A stretch of 64,000 nt of DNA from Bugula neritina. Taxonomy: Eukaryota > Animalia > Bryozoa. Numbering within the stretch: position 1 is the stretch's first letter; each line of letters opens with the position of its first letter. Position numbers and translations under genes: made by a program. Below are positions 37,819 through 51,505 of this stretch, one piece after another. The DNA is taken from positions 5,322,722 through 5,386,721 of the forward strand of contig OZ037766.1 of the NCBI GenBank assembly GCA_964035545.1, given 5' to 3'. The notes under the pieces are model-generated. The model saw only the letters and a list, made by a program, of their open reading frames with translations. It was not told the origin of the DNA and made no database searches.

Positions 37819-40800
37819 TTAGCCAGATGAGCATTTTTTCTTTGGAACCATCACCCTGTGTGCAGTGGAGTGAAAAGAGCTAGTTTGCAAAGGTTCAGTG
37901 CTACTAGATGTTGTTTCATCTGGAGCGTCATAAAGTAGTTCAGTAACATACTCTATTAGCCTATATATTATAGAATCATTAAGTTCATCAGCCTTGTCGG
38001 GCTTAATTGAGCGTGAATCATCAGAATATTCAGAGCATTCTTCAGAATGGGCAGAGGAAGGCGCAGATTTCTCTGAATAAAAGGAGAAATGACTATTACG
38101 TGATGCAACATGTTGCAATAAATTTTTTGTGATAAAGAGTGGTTTTTACTTTATTTAGTGGTCTAAATAAAAAGATTTTATTGTGTCCATTTAATTTTTG
38201 ATATTTTTTAGTTTGTATTTTCTTACCAAAAGCTCTAACTTTTCTTGTTATTTTATCATCATCAAAATATCTGTCTACACCTTCAGGTAATACATTGCTT
38301 CCAGTATAGAGCGTTTGGTCATCATTCTTATCCAGGTAGTCTGGTATACCATCACCATCATCATCTTCATCCAAATGATCAGGTATTCCATCACCATCAG
38401 TATCTTCCTCTCTATCAGGTATACCATCACCATCATCATCTTTGTCCAAGTAGTCTGGTATACCATCACCATCAGTATCAACTTCCAAATGATCAGGTAT
38501 CCCATCACCATCATCATCTTCATCCAAATGATCAGGTATTCCATCACCATCAGTATCAACTTCCAAATGGTCAGGTATCCCATCACCATCAGTATCAACT
38601 TCCAAATGATCAGGTATCCCATCACCATCATCGTCTTTGTCCAAATGATCAGGTATCCCATCACCATCATCGTCTTCATCCAAGTGATCAGGTATACCAT
38701 CACCATCAGTATCAACTTCTAAATGGTCAGGGATTCCATCACCATCATCGTCTTTGTCCAAATGATCAGGTATCCCATCACCATCAGTGTCTTCCTCTCC
38801 ATCAGGTATTCCATCGCCATCATCATCTTTGTCTAAGTAGTCTGGTATACCATCACCATCAGTATCAACTTCCAAATGATCGGGTATCCCATCACCATCA
38901 TCATCTTCATCCAAGTGATCAGGTATACCATCACCATCAGTATCAACTTCTAAATGGTCAGGGATTCCATCACCATCATCGTCTTTGTCCAAATGATCAG
39001 GTATTCCATCACCATCAGTATCTTCCTCTCCATCAGGTATTCCATCGCCATCGTCATCTTTGTCCAAGTAGTCTGGTATACCATCGCCATCAGTATCAAC
39101 TTCCAAATGATCGGGTATCCCATCGCCATCATCGTCTTCATCCAAGTGATCAGGTATACCATCGCCATCAGTATCAACTTCCAAATGGTCAGGTATCCCA
39201 TCACCATCATCGTCTTCATCCAAGTGATCAGGTATACCATCACCATCAGTGTCTTCCTCTCCATCAGGTATTCCATCGCCATCATCATCTTTGTCCAAGT
39301 AGTCTGGTATACCATCGCCATCAGTATCAACTTCCAAATAGTCAGGTATCCCATCACCATCATCGTCTTTGTCCAAATGATCAGGTATCCCATCACCATC
39401 ATCGTCTTCATCCAAGTGATCAGGTATACCATCACCATCAGTATCAACTTCTAAATGGTCAGGGATTCCATCACCATCATCGTCTTTGTCCAAATGATCA
39501 GGTATCCCATCACCATCAGTGTCTTCCTCTCCATCAGGTATTCCATCGCCATCATCATCTTTGTCTAAGTAGTCTGGTATACCATCACCATCAGTATCAA
39601 CTTCCAAATGATCGGGTATCCCATCACCATCATCATCTTCATCCAAGTGATCAGGTATACCATCACCATCAGTATCAACTTCTAAATGGTCAGGGATTCC
39701 ATCACCATCATCGTCTTTGTCCAAATGATCAGGTATTCCATCACCATCAGTATCTTCCTCTCCATCAGGTATTCCATCGCCATCGTCATCTTTGTCCAAG
39801 TAGTCTGGTATACCGTCGCCATCAGTATCAACTTCCAAATGATCGGGTATCCCATCGCCATCATCGTCTTCATCCAAGTGATCAGGTATACCATCGCCAT
39901 CAGTATCAACTTCCAAATGGTCAGGTATCCCATCACCATCATCGTCTTCATCCAAGTGATCAGGTATACCATCACCATCAGTATCAACTTCTAAATGGTC
40001 AGGGATTCCATCACCATCATCGTCTTTGTCCAAATGATCAGGTATTCCATCACCATCAGTGTCTTCCTCTCCATCAGGTATTCCATCGCCATCATCATCT
40101 TTGTCCAAGTAGTCTGGTATACCGTCGCCATCAGTATCAACTTCCAAATGGTCAGGTATCCCATCACCATCATCGTCTTTGTCCAAATGATCAGGTATCC
40201 CATCACCATCATCGTCTTCATCCAAGTGATCAGGTATACCATCACCATCAGTATCAACTTCCAAATGATCAGGTATACCATCACCATCAGTATCAACTTC
40301 CAAATGGTCAGGTATCCCATCACCATCATCGTCTTTGTCCAAATGATCAGGTATTCCATCACCATCAGTGTCTTCCTCTCCATCAGGTATTCCATCGCCA
40401 TCATCATCTTTGTCTAAGTAGTCTGGTATACCATCACCATCAGTATCAACTTCCAAATGATCGGGTATCCCATCACCATCATCATCTTCATCCAAGTGAT
40501 CAGGTATACCATCACCATCAGTATCAACTTCTAAATGGTCAGGGATTCCATCACCATCATCGTCTTTGTCTAAATGATCAGGTATTCCATCACCATCAGT
40601 ATCTTCCTCTCCATCAGGTATTCCATCGCCATCATCGTCTTTGTCCAAGTAGTCTGGTATACCATCACCATCAGTATCAACTTCCAAATGGTCAGGGATT
40701 CCATCACCATCATCGTCTTTGTCCAAATGATCAGGTATTCCATCACCATCAGTATCAACTTCCAAATGATCAGGTATCCCATCACCATCATCGTCTTCAT

Positions 40801-43732
40801 CCAAGTGATCAGGTATACCATCACCATCAGTATCAACTTCTAAATGGTCAGGGATTCCATCACCATCATCGTCTTTGTCCAAATGATCAGGTATTCCATC
40901 ACCATCAGTGTCTTCCTCTCCATCAGGTATACCATCACCATCATCATCTTTGTCCAAGTAGTCTGGTATACCATCGCCATCAGAATCAACTTCCAAGTGA
41001 TCAGGTATACCATCACCATCAGTATCAACTTCTAAATGGTCAGGGATTCCATCACCATCATCGTCTTTGTCCAAATGATCAGGTATTCCATCACCATCAG
41101 TGTCTTCCTCTCTATCAGGTATACCATCACCATCATCATCTTTGTCCAAGTAGTCTGGTATACCATCGCCATCAGAATCAACTTCCAAATGATCGGGTAT
41201 CCCATCACCATCATCATCTTCATCCAAGTGATCAGGTATACCATCACCATCAGTATCAACTTCTAAATGGTCAGGGATTCCATCACCATCATCGTCTTTG
41301 TCCAAATGATCAGGTATACCATCACCATCAGTGTCTTCCTCTCCATCAGGTATTCCATCGCCATCATCGTCTTTGTCCAAATGATCAGGTATACCATCAC
41401 CATCAGTATCAACTTCTAAATGGTCAGGGATTCCATCACCATCATCGTCTTTGTCCAAATGATCAGGTATTCCATCACCATCAGTATCTTCCTCTCCATC
41501 AGGTATTCCATCGCCATCATCATCTTCGTCCAAGTAGTCTGGTATACCATCGCCATCAGTATCAACTTCCAAATGGTCAGGTATCCCATCACCATCATCG
41601 TCTTTGTCCAAATGATCAGGTATTCCATCACCATCAGCGTCTTCCTCTCCATCAGGTATTCCATCGCCATCATCATCTTTGTCCAAGTAGTCTGGTATAC
41701 CATCGCCATCAGTATCAACTTCCAAATGATCAGGTATCCCATCACCATCATCATCTTCATCCAAGTGATCGGGTATACCATCACCATCAGTATCAACTTC
41801 TAAATGGTCAGGGATTCCATCACCATCATCGTCTTTGTCCAAATGATCAGGTATACCATCACCATCAGTGTCTTCCTCTCCATCAGGTATTCCATCGCCA
41901 TCATCGTCTTTGTCCAAATGATCAGGTATACCATCACCATCAGTATCAACTTCTAAATGGTCAGGGATTCCATCACCATCATCGTCTTTGTCCAAATGAT
42001 CAGGTATTCCATCACCATCAGTATCTTCCTCTCCATCAGGTATTCCATCGCCATCATCATCTTCGTCCAAGTAGTCTGGTATACCATCGCCATCAGTATC
42101 AACTTCCAAATGGTCAGGTATCCCATCACCATCATCGTCTTTGTCCAAATGATCAGGTATTCCATCACCATCAGCGTCTTCCTCTCCATCAGGTATTCCA
42201 TCGCCATCATCATCTTTGTCCAAGTAGTCTGGTATACCATCGCCATCAGTATCAACTTCCAAATGATCAGGTATCCCATCACCATCATCATCTTCATCCA
42301 AGTGATCGGGTATACCATCACCATCAGTATCAACTTCTAAATGGTCAGGGATTCCATCACCATCATCGTCTTTGTCCAAATGATCAGGTATACCATCACC
42401 ATCAGTGTCTTCCTCTCCATCAGGTATTCCATCGCCATCATCGTCTTTGTCCAAATGATCAGGTATACCATCGCCATCAGTATCAACTTCCAAATGATCA
42501 GGTATCCCATCACCATCATCGTCTTCATCCAAGTGATCAGGTATACCATCACCATCAGTATCAACTTCTAAATGGTCAGGGATTCCATCACCATCATCGT
42601 CTTTGTCCAAATGATCAGGTATTCCATCACCATCAGTGTCTTCCTCTCCATCAGGTATTCCATCGCCATCATCATCTTTGTCTAAGTAGTCTGGTATACC
42701 ATCACCATCAGTATCAACTTCCAAATGATCGGGTATCCCATCACCATCATCATCTTCATCCAAGTGATCAGGTATACCATCGCCATCATCATCTTTGTCC
42801 AAGTAGTCAGGTATCCCATCACCATCATCGTCTTTGTCTAAATGGTCAGGGATTCCATCACCATCATCGTCTTTGTCCAAATGATCAGGTATACCATCAC
42901 CATCAGTGTCTTCCTCTCCATCAGGGATTCCATCACCATCATCGTCTTTGTCCAAATGATCAGGTATTCCATCGCCATCATCATCTTTGTCCAAGTAGTC
43001 TGGTATACCATCGCCATCAGTATCAACTTCCAAATGGTCAGGTATCCCATCACCATCATCGTCTTTGTCCAAATGATCAGGTATTCCATCACCATCAGTA
43101 TCTTCCTCTCCATCAGGTATTCCATCGCCATCATCATCTTTGTCCAAGTAGTCTGGTGTACCGTCGCCATCAGTATCAACTTCCAAATGATCAGGTATCC
43201 CATCACCATCATCGTCTTCATCCAAGTGATCAGGTATACCATCACCATCAGTATCAACTTCTAAATGGTCAGGGATTCCATCACCATCATCGTCTTTGTC
43301 CAAATGATCAGGTATTCCATCACCATCAGCGTCTTCCTCTCCATCAGGTATTCCATCGCCATCATCATCTTTGTCCAAGTAGTCTGGTATACCATCACCA
43401 TCAGTATCAGCTTCCAAATGATCAGGTATACCATCACCATCAGTATGAACTTCTAAATGGTCAGGTATCCCATCACCATCATCGTCTTCATCCAAGTGAT
43501 CGGGTATACCATCGCCATCAGTATCAACTTCCAAATGGTCAGGGATGCCATCACCATCATCATCAGCATCTAAGTAGTCTACTATACCATCTCCATCAAG
43601 ATCTCCTTCCATGTAATCTGGTATTCCATTTCTGTTAATATCTACATTTTCTCTGTCTACTTCCTCAATGTCTGTTATGGAGAGTAACTTGCGTTTCTGA
43701 TGTTTATAATCTGCTGTACCATAATCGAATTT
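37819..43732 (-). CDS. Giant Asp-rich protein with thrombospondin type-3-like DxDGDGIPD repeats; exons 43732-38227 and 38072-37819 (~1920 aa); N-terminus unresolved
   Basis: Uninterrupted 5506-nt exon with acceptor CTCCTGTAG|AAA (phase 0) and donor TTTG|GTAAGA. It joins in phase to TTTTATTCAG|AG and ends ...KKKCSSG*. 12/13-aa repeats throughout. Confidence 0.8.
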
Positions 43733-44820
43733 CTACAGGAGAGTCAAGTTATAAACTTTATCTATTTACTTAGCAAACTTTTATGTTCAACAAAAGTATC
43801 TTTTAATATGTAGCTAACAGTTCATTAAAAATCACCTGGATATTTCCATCTCCCACAAAAAACAAAAGTGCACCATCCGCACTTGAGTTGCCAACAATGA
43901 AAGATTGTTTTCATGTCAATATAGCTACAAAAAATTTATCTTGTAAATAACTGTCAATGAAGCCAACTTCCTATCAAGCATAGAGGTGTAAGCTTCTGAT
44001 ATTCAATATGACCTTGAAGCATGTCATATGTGAGTAAATCATGTAATAGCACCATTATCTTTATTAGGGTACTGCCATACATCAACTATTTTGTGACGCA
44101 TGGTTGGCATTTTTTCGAGTATGGTGTAAATAAACAAATTTATAGAATTGAGTGATGGAGTTACCCTCTAGACACAAACTTGAAATAAATTTTTCCTTTT
44201 TACTTATTTCAACCCTGGAATGGTATAGAAATCTTAAATATAAACTAGAAATTTTGGTGCACACAAAATTAAGGGTGGTATTAGATACAAGCAAGTAAAT
44301 GTAGCACTCGGATGCGGTTCAAAAGATGCACAATCAGAAATTATCATTAGGGTGTTTAACTGCTGATCACAAAGATAGAAATCAAGAAGGCATGTGAAAT
44401 GACAGATTTATTCTTCAACTAAACTATTACATAAGTGAACAGGTTGAAGTGACTGAGAAGATTTTGAGTTACATGCAACATTTACAGACTAATTTGAAAC
44501 TCTCTACCATAATGCCAGTAATATGGTGTAATTAAGACTGGATCACATTTATGATCATACTGATACATTGTGTACAACAGCCAATATCGAACAATTGTAA
44601 TAGCATAATATGATTGGAATGAGCAAGTTTGCAAAAAATTTACAGTATTTTACACAGACATTATCACGAAAACTCGACATAAAATATCATATCAGAATGT
44701 GTAGTATTGTTCTATTGCATTCACTATAATTATAACATGTTGGAGCTCATATGGGCAATTCACCACTTTACATATAGCCCTTTCAAGTCTATCATCACAA
44801 CAATCTAAATTTGTACAAAT

Positions 44821-47800
44821 TTATAGCTCATCATGGTCATCAGCGCTCTACAAATAAAGGAACAAACAAGGGAACTTAAAACACATAGCATCAAACCATG
44901 CTGTAAACCATATGAAGTTTCAAAGAAAACAATTGAGAACAAGACACTACTAGAAACTGGGAGCACACGGTAGATACCAAGCAGCACACAAATCTCAAGA
45001 AGCAGCAATTGCATTTACGGGGCACAAATATTTTTGAAATGCATCACTCAGCAGCACAATTACGTAGCTGCAGAATGGACTAGAATAGATATATCAGCAT
45101 GGTAGCCATTTGATTGATGCTTACCTTATCTGCAACAACAGGTTCGCTAGGAGTTGCATCCTCAGGTTCTTGCTCATCAATAGGCACAACCGGTTTGACC
45201 GGAGGCTCAGTTTCACCATCTTCATCAACCACTTCTTCTGCATCTTCATCTACAATTTCTTCTTCTTCCTCCACCTACAAATCGTGTAAATGAAAACATA
45301 TTAATAACTGACAAAACTTCACAGCTCAAGGAACTGCCAAGTTTGTTCTTTGTTAGAAAGTGCTACAGTTTCAGTTATGCAGTTGATAATAGAGCAGACA
45401 GCAGCTTTAATCATTATAAATAGAACATGTGGTTTATGCGATTACAATAGCACACATTTGAAGAGCTGCAGCAACAAGAGTATGAGACTACATAGACTTA
45501 CAGGCTCATCTAAACTAACACCCAGACTCCTTCTCATCATCTTTTCTACTCTTTCAGCAAATGCAGCAGTATCCTTTAGCCCGTATCCAGAGCGCAGAGT
45601 TGCCGTTTCAAACAACACCATAGCCAGTTCAGTCGCAGCGACATCTCCTTCATCATTCTCAACTCGAGATCGCAACTCCTTTACTAAGGGATGTCTTGGG
45701 TTCAGCTCTAAAATCTTCTTCTGAGATGAGTAGAACTCATTGTTAGCATCACCAGTCTTGGCATAGGCCTGTTAAATAAAGGCACAGTATAACAAGTGCT
45801 AGAATCTCAAAGCGTACTAATAAATCCATACAAACTATTTTCGGTTAGTGGTATTAGGTGAGCTGGCAGATGCTAACCTGTGACTTCATGATCCTCTCCA
45901 TATTGCCAGACCAACCATATGAGCTGGCAACAAGAGCACATGGGGAGGTGGTGAGACGAGCAGACACGGTAGCTTTGTCAATTAAATCAGCCAAAGCTTT
46001 CTCCTTCAGCCATGCAGTCAATGGTTCAAACTCTTTATTCAGAACTTCCATTTTTTCTTTGCCAACTTCTCCATCAATGTTCAAACCTTCTTTAGCCACA
46101 TTCTGAAATTTCTTACCGTCGAATTCTGGAAGGGCTTGAATAGTGTACTCATCAATGGGCTCCACCAAATACAAAACCTACAACGTATTTATAACAAAAA
46201 TATTATGCTGATATCAATTATAATTTTTATACTTAAATGAACTTATTTAACTTATATCAACACTATTGGCATTATAAAGTATGAGTTGCTTAAATTCAGC
46301 TTACTTCATATCCTTTCTTAAGCAATCGCTCAACAAATGGAGAGGATGTAACTTCTTTGAGTGAGCCAGCAGCCATGAAGTATATATGCTCCTGACTGTC
46401 CTTCATACGGGAAACATAGTCAGCCAGGCTGGTCATCTTCTCGTCATCATTCGAAGATTTGAACCGGAGTAGTTTGGAGAGGCGAGTTCTGTTTGCATGG
46501 TCTTCAATAACTCCCAATTTTATGCTAAAAAAATTAGTTGCAATTTGCAAAGCAAGTTCGTTGCATTGTTTATACAAATATCTCGCCTACTTTATTTTCT
46601 ATATGCAAGAGTCAAAAAAGAGGCAACAGCTAGTTTTATCACCTTCCAATTATTATGATAAGTAATTAACTAGGCACATTTCTTCCCTTAATACTAATTT
46701 GCTCCAGGTTCAGTCTAAACAGCTTAATGAAATCTAATTAATAATTCAGCATACCTTAATTACTGCTACACTAGGTAGAAGGTATAAATTTACACAACAG
46801 CAGCAACAACTATAACAAAAGCTGCTAGATTGCAGCGGTGGTTACGCAGGTTGAAAAGATATTTTAGCACAGCATATAAACTTGAGAAAGATAAACCAAT
46901 TGGACTATGTTGTAATCAACTAACAGAATTTGTAACAGCGATAAACTATACAGAGAGAGAGAGCGTTATAAAAAGATGTTCCTTCTCTTACTTGGTGCTG
47001 TATTCTTTCCAAAACTTCTCATAATCTTCCTCGCTAATCTTCTTAATCATGTCGAGTGTCTTTCTCACTAGCTTCTTTTTGATGACTTTGAGAAGCTTGT
47101 GCTGTTGCAGTGTTTCTCTTGATACATTTAGAGGAAGATCATCGCTGTCCACAATACCTCTCACAAACGACAGATATTTGGGCATCATGTCATCGAAATC
47201 ATCAGTAATGAATACTCGTCGAACATACATCTTTATGCGTTCCTGCAACACACCAACTACATCAATGCGCTAGAAGAGGCCAGTGTGATAACTGCAGGCT
47301 AAATTGCCTACTTAAAAAGGGATGAGACTAGATTTACAAAGCAGAACAGCAGATGTCAAAGTATATAGCCAACACACAAACAAACTCAACAGCAATCATA
47401 AACAGCATTGCATTGTTATCAATTCACTTCAAGGCAATGCAGTCAATGTCCGTGTATCTATATACACTAGTAGAGAAAACTTGAGTGGTTACCTTGTTTT
47501 TCGACTGATTCTGCCAATCAACAGGGCTAGTTTTAGGAATGAAGAGAATAGATTTGAAAGTAACTTCGCCCTCAGCAGTGAAATGGACTTTAGTCATGGG
47601 GTCTTCACTATCTCGAGAGAAGGACTTGTAGAACTCATTATACTCGTCATCTTCAACTTCAGAAGACCTGAAAGAACATATGACTAGCATGAAAATTGTG
47701 ACTCTGTGTGAGGCAAGTGGTTTAGCTATGAGCCACTACTTAATTTAATATCAAAAATAAGAATCAACGTAGACAGCATACTTTCTTGTCCATATAGGCT

Positions 47801-50800
47801 TGTTTCCATTAACCAACACCCAGTCCCAAACAGTTTTCTCAACGCTCTTTGTTTTTGGCTTGTCTTCTTCCTTTTCTTCGGACACCTGTAAGTAGAGAAT
47901 ATTGTTCTACAAATAAAAACCTTCTTTCAACTTAACAGTAAAATACTTCAGGTCTCAAATACATCTCTACAAGTAGACAGAAGTAATTACCCAAGTAACA
48001 ACTAGCACAATACTAGAGGAACCACAATGAAATGGCAATTAGACATTAGATAATATATCTAATGAAGAGTATGGAACAGGAGCAAACCTCAACTTCATCA
48101 TCTTCTGACTCAGCTTTCTCTTCTTTTGCTGCAGATTCTCCCTCGTCTTCATCAACTGGCTCCTCAACAGTCTCCTTCTTGCTCTCCCACAAGTAGATGT
48201 TGAAGTTGATGAACTGAGAGTACTTAGTAACCAAGTCTTTGATGGTGTTGGGTTGAAGATACTCAGCTGCCTCTTCTTTCAAATGAAGCCTACAAGTTGA
48301 CAGTTATAAAGTGTAAAACCCAACAGTTTTGCAAGTCAAGTATATGCACGGAACTTGAAACAGTGTGTGTATGCATATATAAAAGCAGGTGAAGAATTGG
48401 CATAATTATTGTGGGCCCATCATTATTGACTCTTGCAATCCTTCAGCTGACAAAAGCATGAGCAAAATGAACTCAAAAAATTAAACTAGAGCTTTTAGAA
48501 AAAAACTTACGTGATTTGAGTGCCTCTCTTTAGTGTGTCTCCTCTAGGATCTTTACCCACACTGAAGCTAGCAGCATCAGATTCCCATACATACTGGTCA
48601 TCGTCATTGTGTTTAGATGTCACCACAACCTTGTCGGCAACTGAAATCACAATTACACTCTTTTGTTGTTGTATTTGTAGCAAAAAAGGGAGTAAAACTA
48701 TAACTAATTGCAAAACGTTATTTGGTGAATTAAAGCAGCTAAGAGAGTGTGCAATGAGAAGGATAGTCTCCTAAATGTAAATATAAGGCTAGGTTCTATT
48801 AAGTAATCCCAGCAGCTTTCACAAGCATCAATACATATCAAGTGGTATGCTACGCAGATAATTACAGTTATTGCAGGTACTAGCAGCATTGTAATTGCTA
48901 TTATTTTTAGTAAATGTTAACATTTGCTTACTCTCAGTATATATAACTTATAGGTATTTACATAGCAAGCTGCAAGTCTCCCACATAAGTATACATTGTT
49001 TAAGTTTGAACATATGTTTACAGACAGACACACTTACATATCAAATGCAAAACAAAATGAGGATAGAGGCAATTTTACATTGAGAAGCAATACACAACAT
49101 GTCAGGGTGATAAGTACATCAATCGAAAAGATAAACTAGACAGTGCATTTTGCAAACACTTGCATAACTTACCAAGGAAAGCTGAATAAAACCCGACACC
49201 GAACTGCCCGATCAAATCACTAGCTTCGTTTGAGCTGGAGTCTTTTAGTTTAGAAAAGAATTCACTGGTGCCAGACTTGGCAATTGTACCCAGATTCTTG
49301 ACAAGATCTTCTTTGGTCATGCCTATACCAGTATCTGTGATATGCAGTAAATTATTGTCTTTGTCAGATTTTATCTTTATTGTAAGATCTTGAACGGCAG
49401 ATAAAGCATCCTTGTCAGTTAATGAAAGGAATCGAATCTTATCCAAAGCATCTGAAGCATTGGATATGAGTTCTCTCAAGAAAATCTACAAATAAGTGAA
49501 CAAAAATGTGTAAATATAAAGTAAAGCTTTACACTCTACCCAATAATATTTTAAACAAACACAATAATTATGGAAGCACAAATAACTTGAGCTTGCGTGC
49601 AGTAGACCAGGATCTAAGCATGCAGCTGGTTCTATTGCATGATTGAGAAAGGAGGTTGTAATGTAATGTATTTTATGTGTCTTGGTAATTTAGGGCATTA
49701 AAAAACACCAGTTTCCCAACCAACCCATTCTAATGAAAATGATTTATGACAAATTTTGGAAGTTGTGCAGTACCTCTTTGTTTTTATACAATGAATTAAT
49801 AATAAGCTTCATCATTCTATCAACTTCAGCTTGGAAATCATGTTTTTCTGAAGAGTCCCGGAGTGCTTTCATTTCAGCCACACTCATTCCATCCAATTTT
49901 ATTGCTTCCTCTTCACTAAAATTACCAATTACCAATTTGTGTCTGTGTAAATATGTCAAAAGAATAAAAATATAAAATATATTAAATTAAATTATTACAA
50001 ACAAAACCATACAACTAATTGGTAACAAATACTTATTTGGCAACAGTTAAGGGGTATTTTATTTCTAAAAATACATATTTCCACTAATTAAACTTTTTAT
50101 GCAGTTAAATGCAGTTTTTTCTTATGAAAAGTTTTAATGGGAATACCAAATTAGCAAGCAATTAATCTAAACAAAATTGGTAAACTTACCGAGCAACAAC
50201 TTCATCATCAGTACGAGAACCTTCCCTGCTTTTACCCAAATCATCTTCTACCACTGCATCTTCCGTAGCATCTACATCACCAGAGTCTGCTGAATCATCT
50301 GCAAATCCCGTTCCTGAAATCACCAGTAAAATTATGCACTAATAAATTCTGCTAAGTTTCATTTACAATAGCATAACAAATTAGCAGTTGTAACAGCTGT
50401 TGATGCAAAATTAAAATTGGTTGAAACATTAAAACCTCAAATGCCTTAAAGTTACAAATTTAATACTGTTTTTGTTTCAGTTAAAATTTGTAGATGTTGC
50501 ACTAAGTTGGAAGGGTTAGGTATTGATTTTTGACCTAGATGAGTTGAAAACCAACTGAACCTGGGTTAAATTGTATTTATAGTTTATAGTGACATCAAAT
50601 TTCAACTTTGGTACTAATAGCTGTGGAAACTATTAGTATTATCATTTAAAAAGTTATCAAATGTTAGTAATAGTATAACAACTGTGTTAGTATAATACTC
50701 ATACTTATAGTGAAACTCTATTACTATTAGTAATACTAATACTATTATTAAATCAAAATGAGTAAATCATCAAGAATAGGTCCAATAGCCATAGGACTAG

Positions 50801-51315
50801 GTATAGCCAAGCCCAATAGGAATACTAAAATTAAATAGACATAGTAACTGTAAGCCAGTAAGGTAACGCTAAGAGTAAGTCTAATAGTAATACTTATAGT
50901 TATAGTTATATCGGTACAGTGGTAAAACTAAAACTAAAAGTAAATGTTATTGTAATGCCTAATAGTAATCGCATTTCTAATACTAATAGTAATAGCATTG
51001 AGTGATTGACATTGTTATTCACTGTGACTTATTGTAAATCATTGTAATTTGTAATTCAAATTGCAATCATAATATTTCATTTTGAGTTTTCAAAACAAAA
51101 TTTGGCTCAAATTTTACCCTTTACACCCGCGTATTACTATTAATATTTAATTTCGGTCTTACACTTTGAGTTGAAAATTTGAATTGATGTTAGGCTACTC
51201 ATTCTCAGGCTGAAAGTTTAACTTTGAGTTTTTACAAACACTTTTACTTTTAGTATTACTTACCAAAAAGAAATAAACAGCCGAGAAGTGCGACCAAAAG
51301 CACTTTTTTACCCAT
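44821..51315 (-). CDS. HSP90B1: Endoplasmin / GRP94 (ER HSP90), 14 coding exons: 51315-51264, 50313-50190, 49915-49774, 49485-49173, 48640-48511, 48289-48088, 47885-47782, 47667-47493, 47242-46992, 46524-46305, 46177-45878, 45768-45502, 45274-45125, 44847-44821
   Basis: Signal peptide [18 protein letters not shown]; [19 protein letters not shown]; [21 protein letters not shown]; LGTIAKSGT; [13 protein letters not shown]; [15 protein letters not shown]; [13 protein letters not shown]; C-terminal [12 protein letters not shown] introns. Confidence 0.97.
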
Positions 51316-51486
51316 AGTGAATCCTTCACCATGCAACTCTACAGTGCTTTCTAAAATATGCTACTTTGGAAAAGATGATTAGATAAAATGTAACCTTTCA
51401 CTTGAGTTCCACAACGAGTAGACTGAAAATGGTGAAGAAGCGTCGAATGAATGAAACCAGATTCAATTGTAGAATAAATCATCTGA

Positions 51487-51505
51487 CCAATAGGAATTTA
51501 CCACG
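51487..51505 (+). promoter_or_regulatory. ER stress response element (ERSE), CCAAT-N9-CCACG
   Basis: CCAAT AGGAATTTA CCACG, an exact consensus ~170 bp upstream of the HSP90B1 ATG. Additional CCAAT/ATTGG boxes at 51529 and 51583. Confidence 0.85.

Noticed and set aside
38096-38226. C-terminus GKKIQTKK...TCCIT* of the 1838-aa track ORF
   Set aside because: Probably intron read-through. A strong donor at 38226 and acceptor at 38073 join in phase to the next exon.
38245-43638. 1797-aa His-rich ORF on the + strand and the many Met/Ile-rich short ORFs
   Set aside because: These are antisense or alternative-frame shadows of the GAT/GGT-rich repeat. Only the minus-strand Asp-rich frame has splice signals, a recognisable motif and unique flanking coding sequence.
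43836-43914. MKTIFHCWQLKCGW... as first exon of the repeat protein
   Set aside because: Ends in phase 1, which is incompatible with the strong phase-0 acceptor at 43732, and is not signal-peptide-like. It cannot be fully excluded via a weaker downstream AG.
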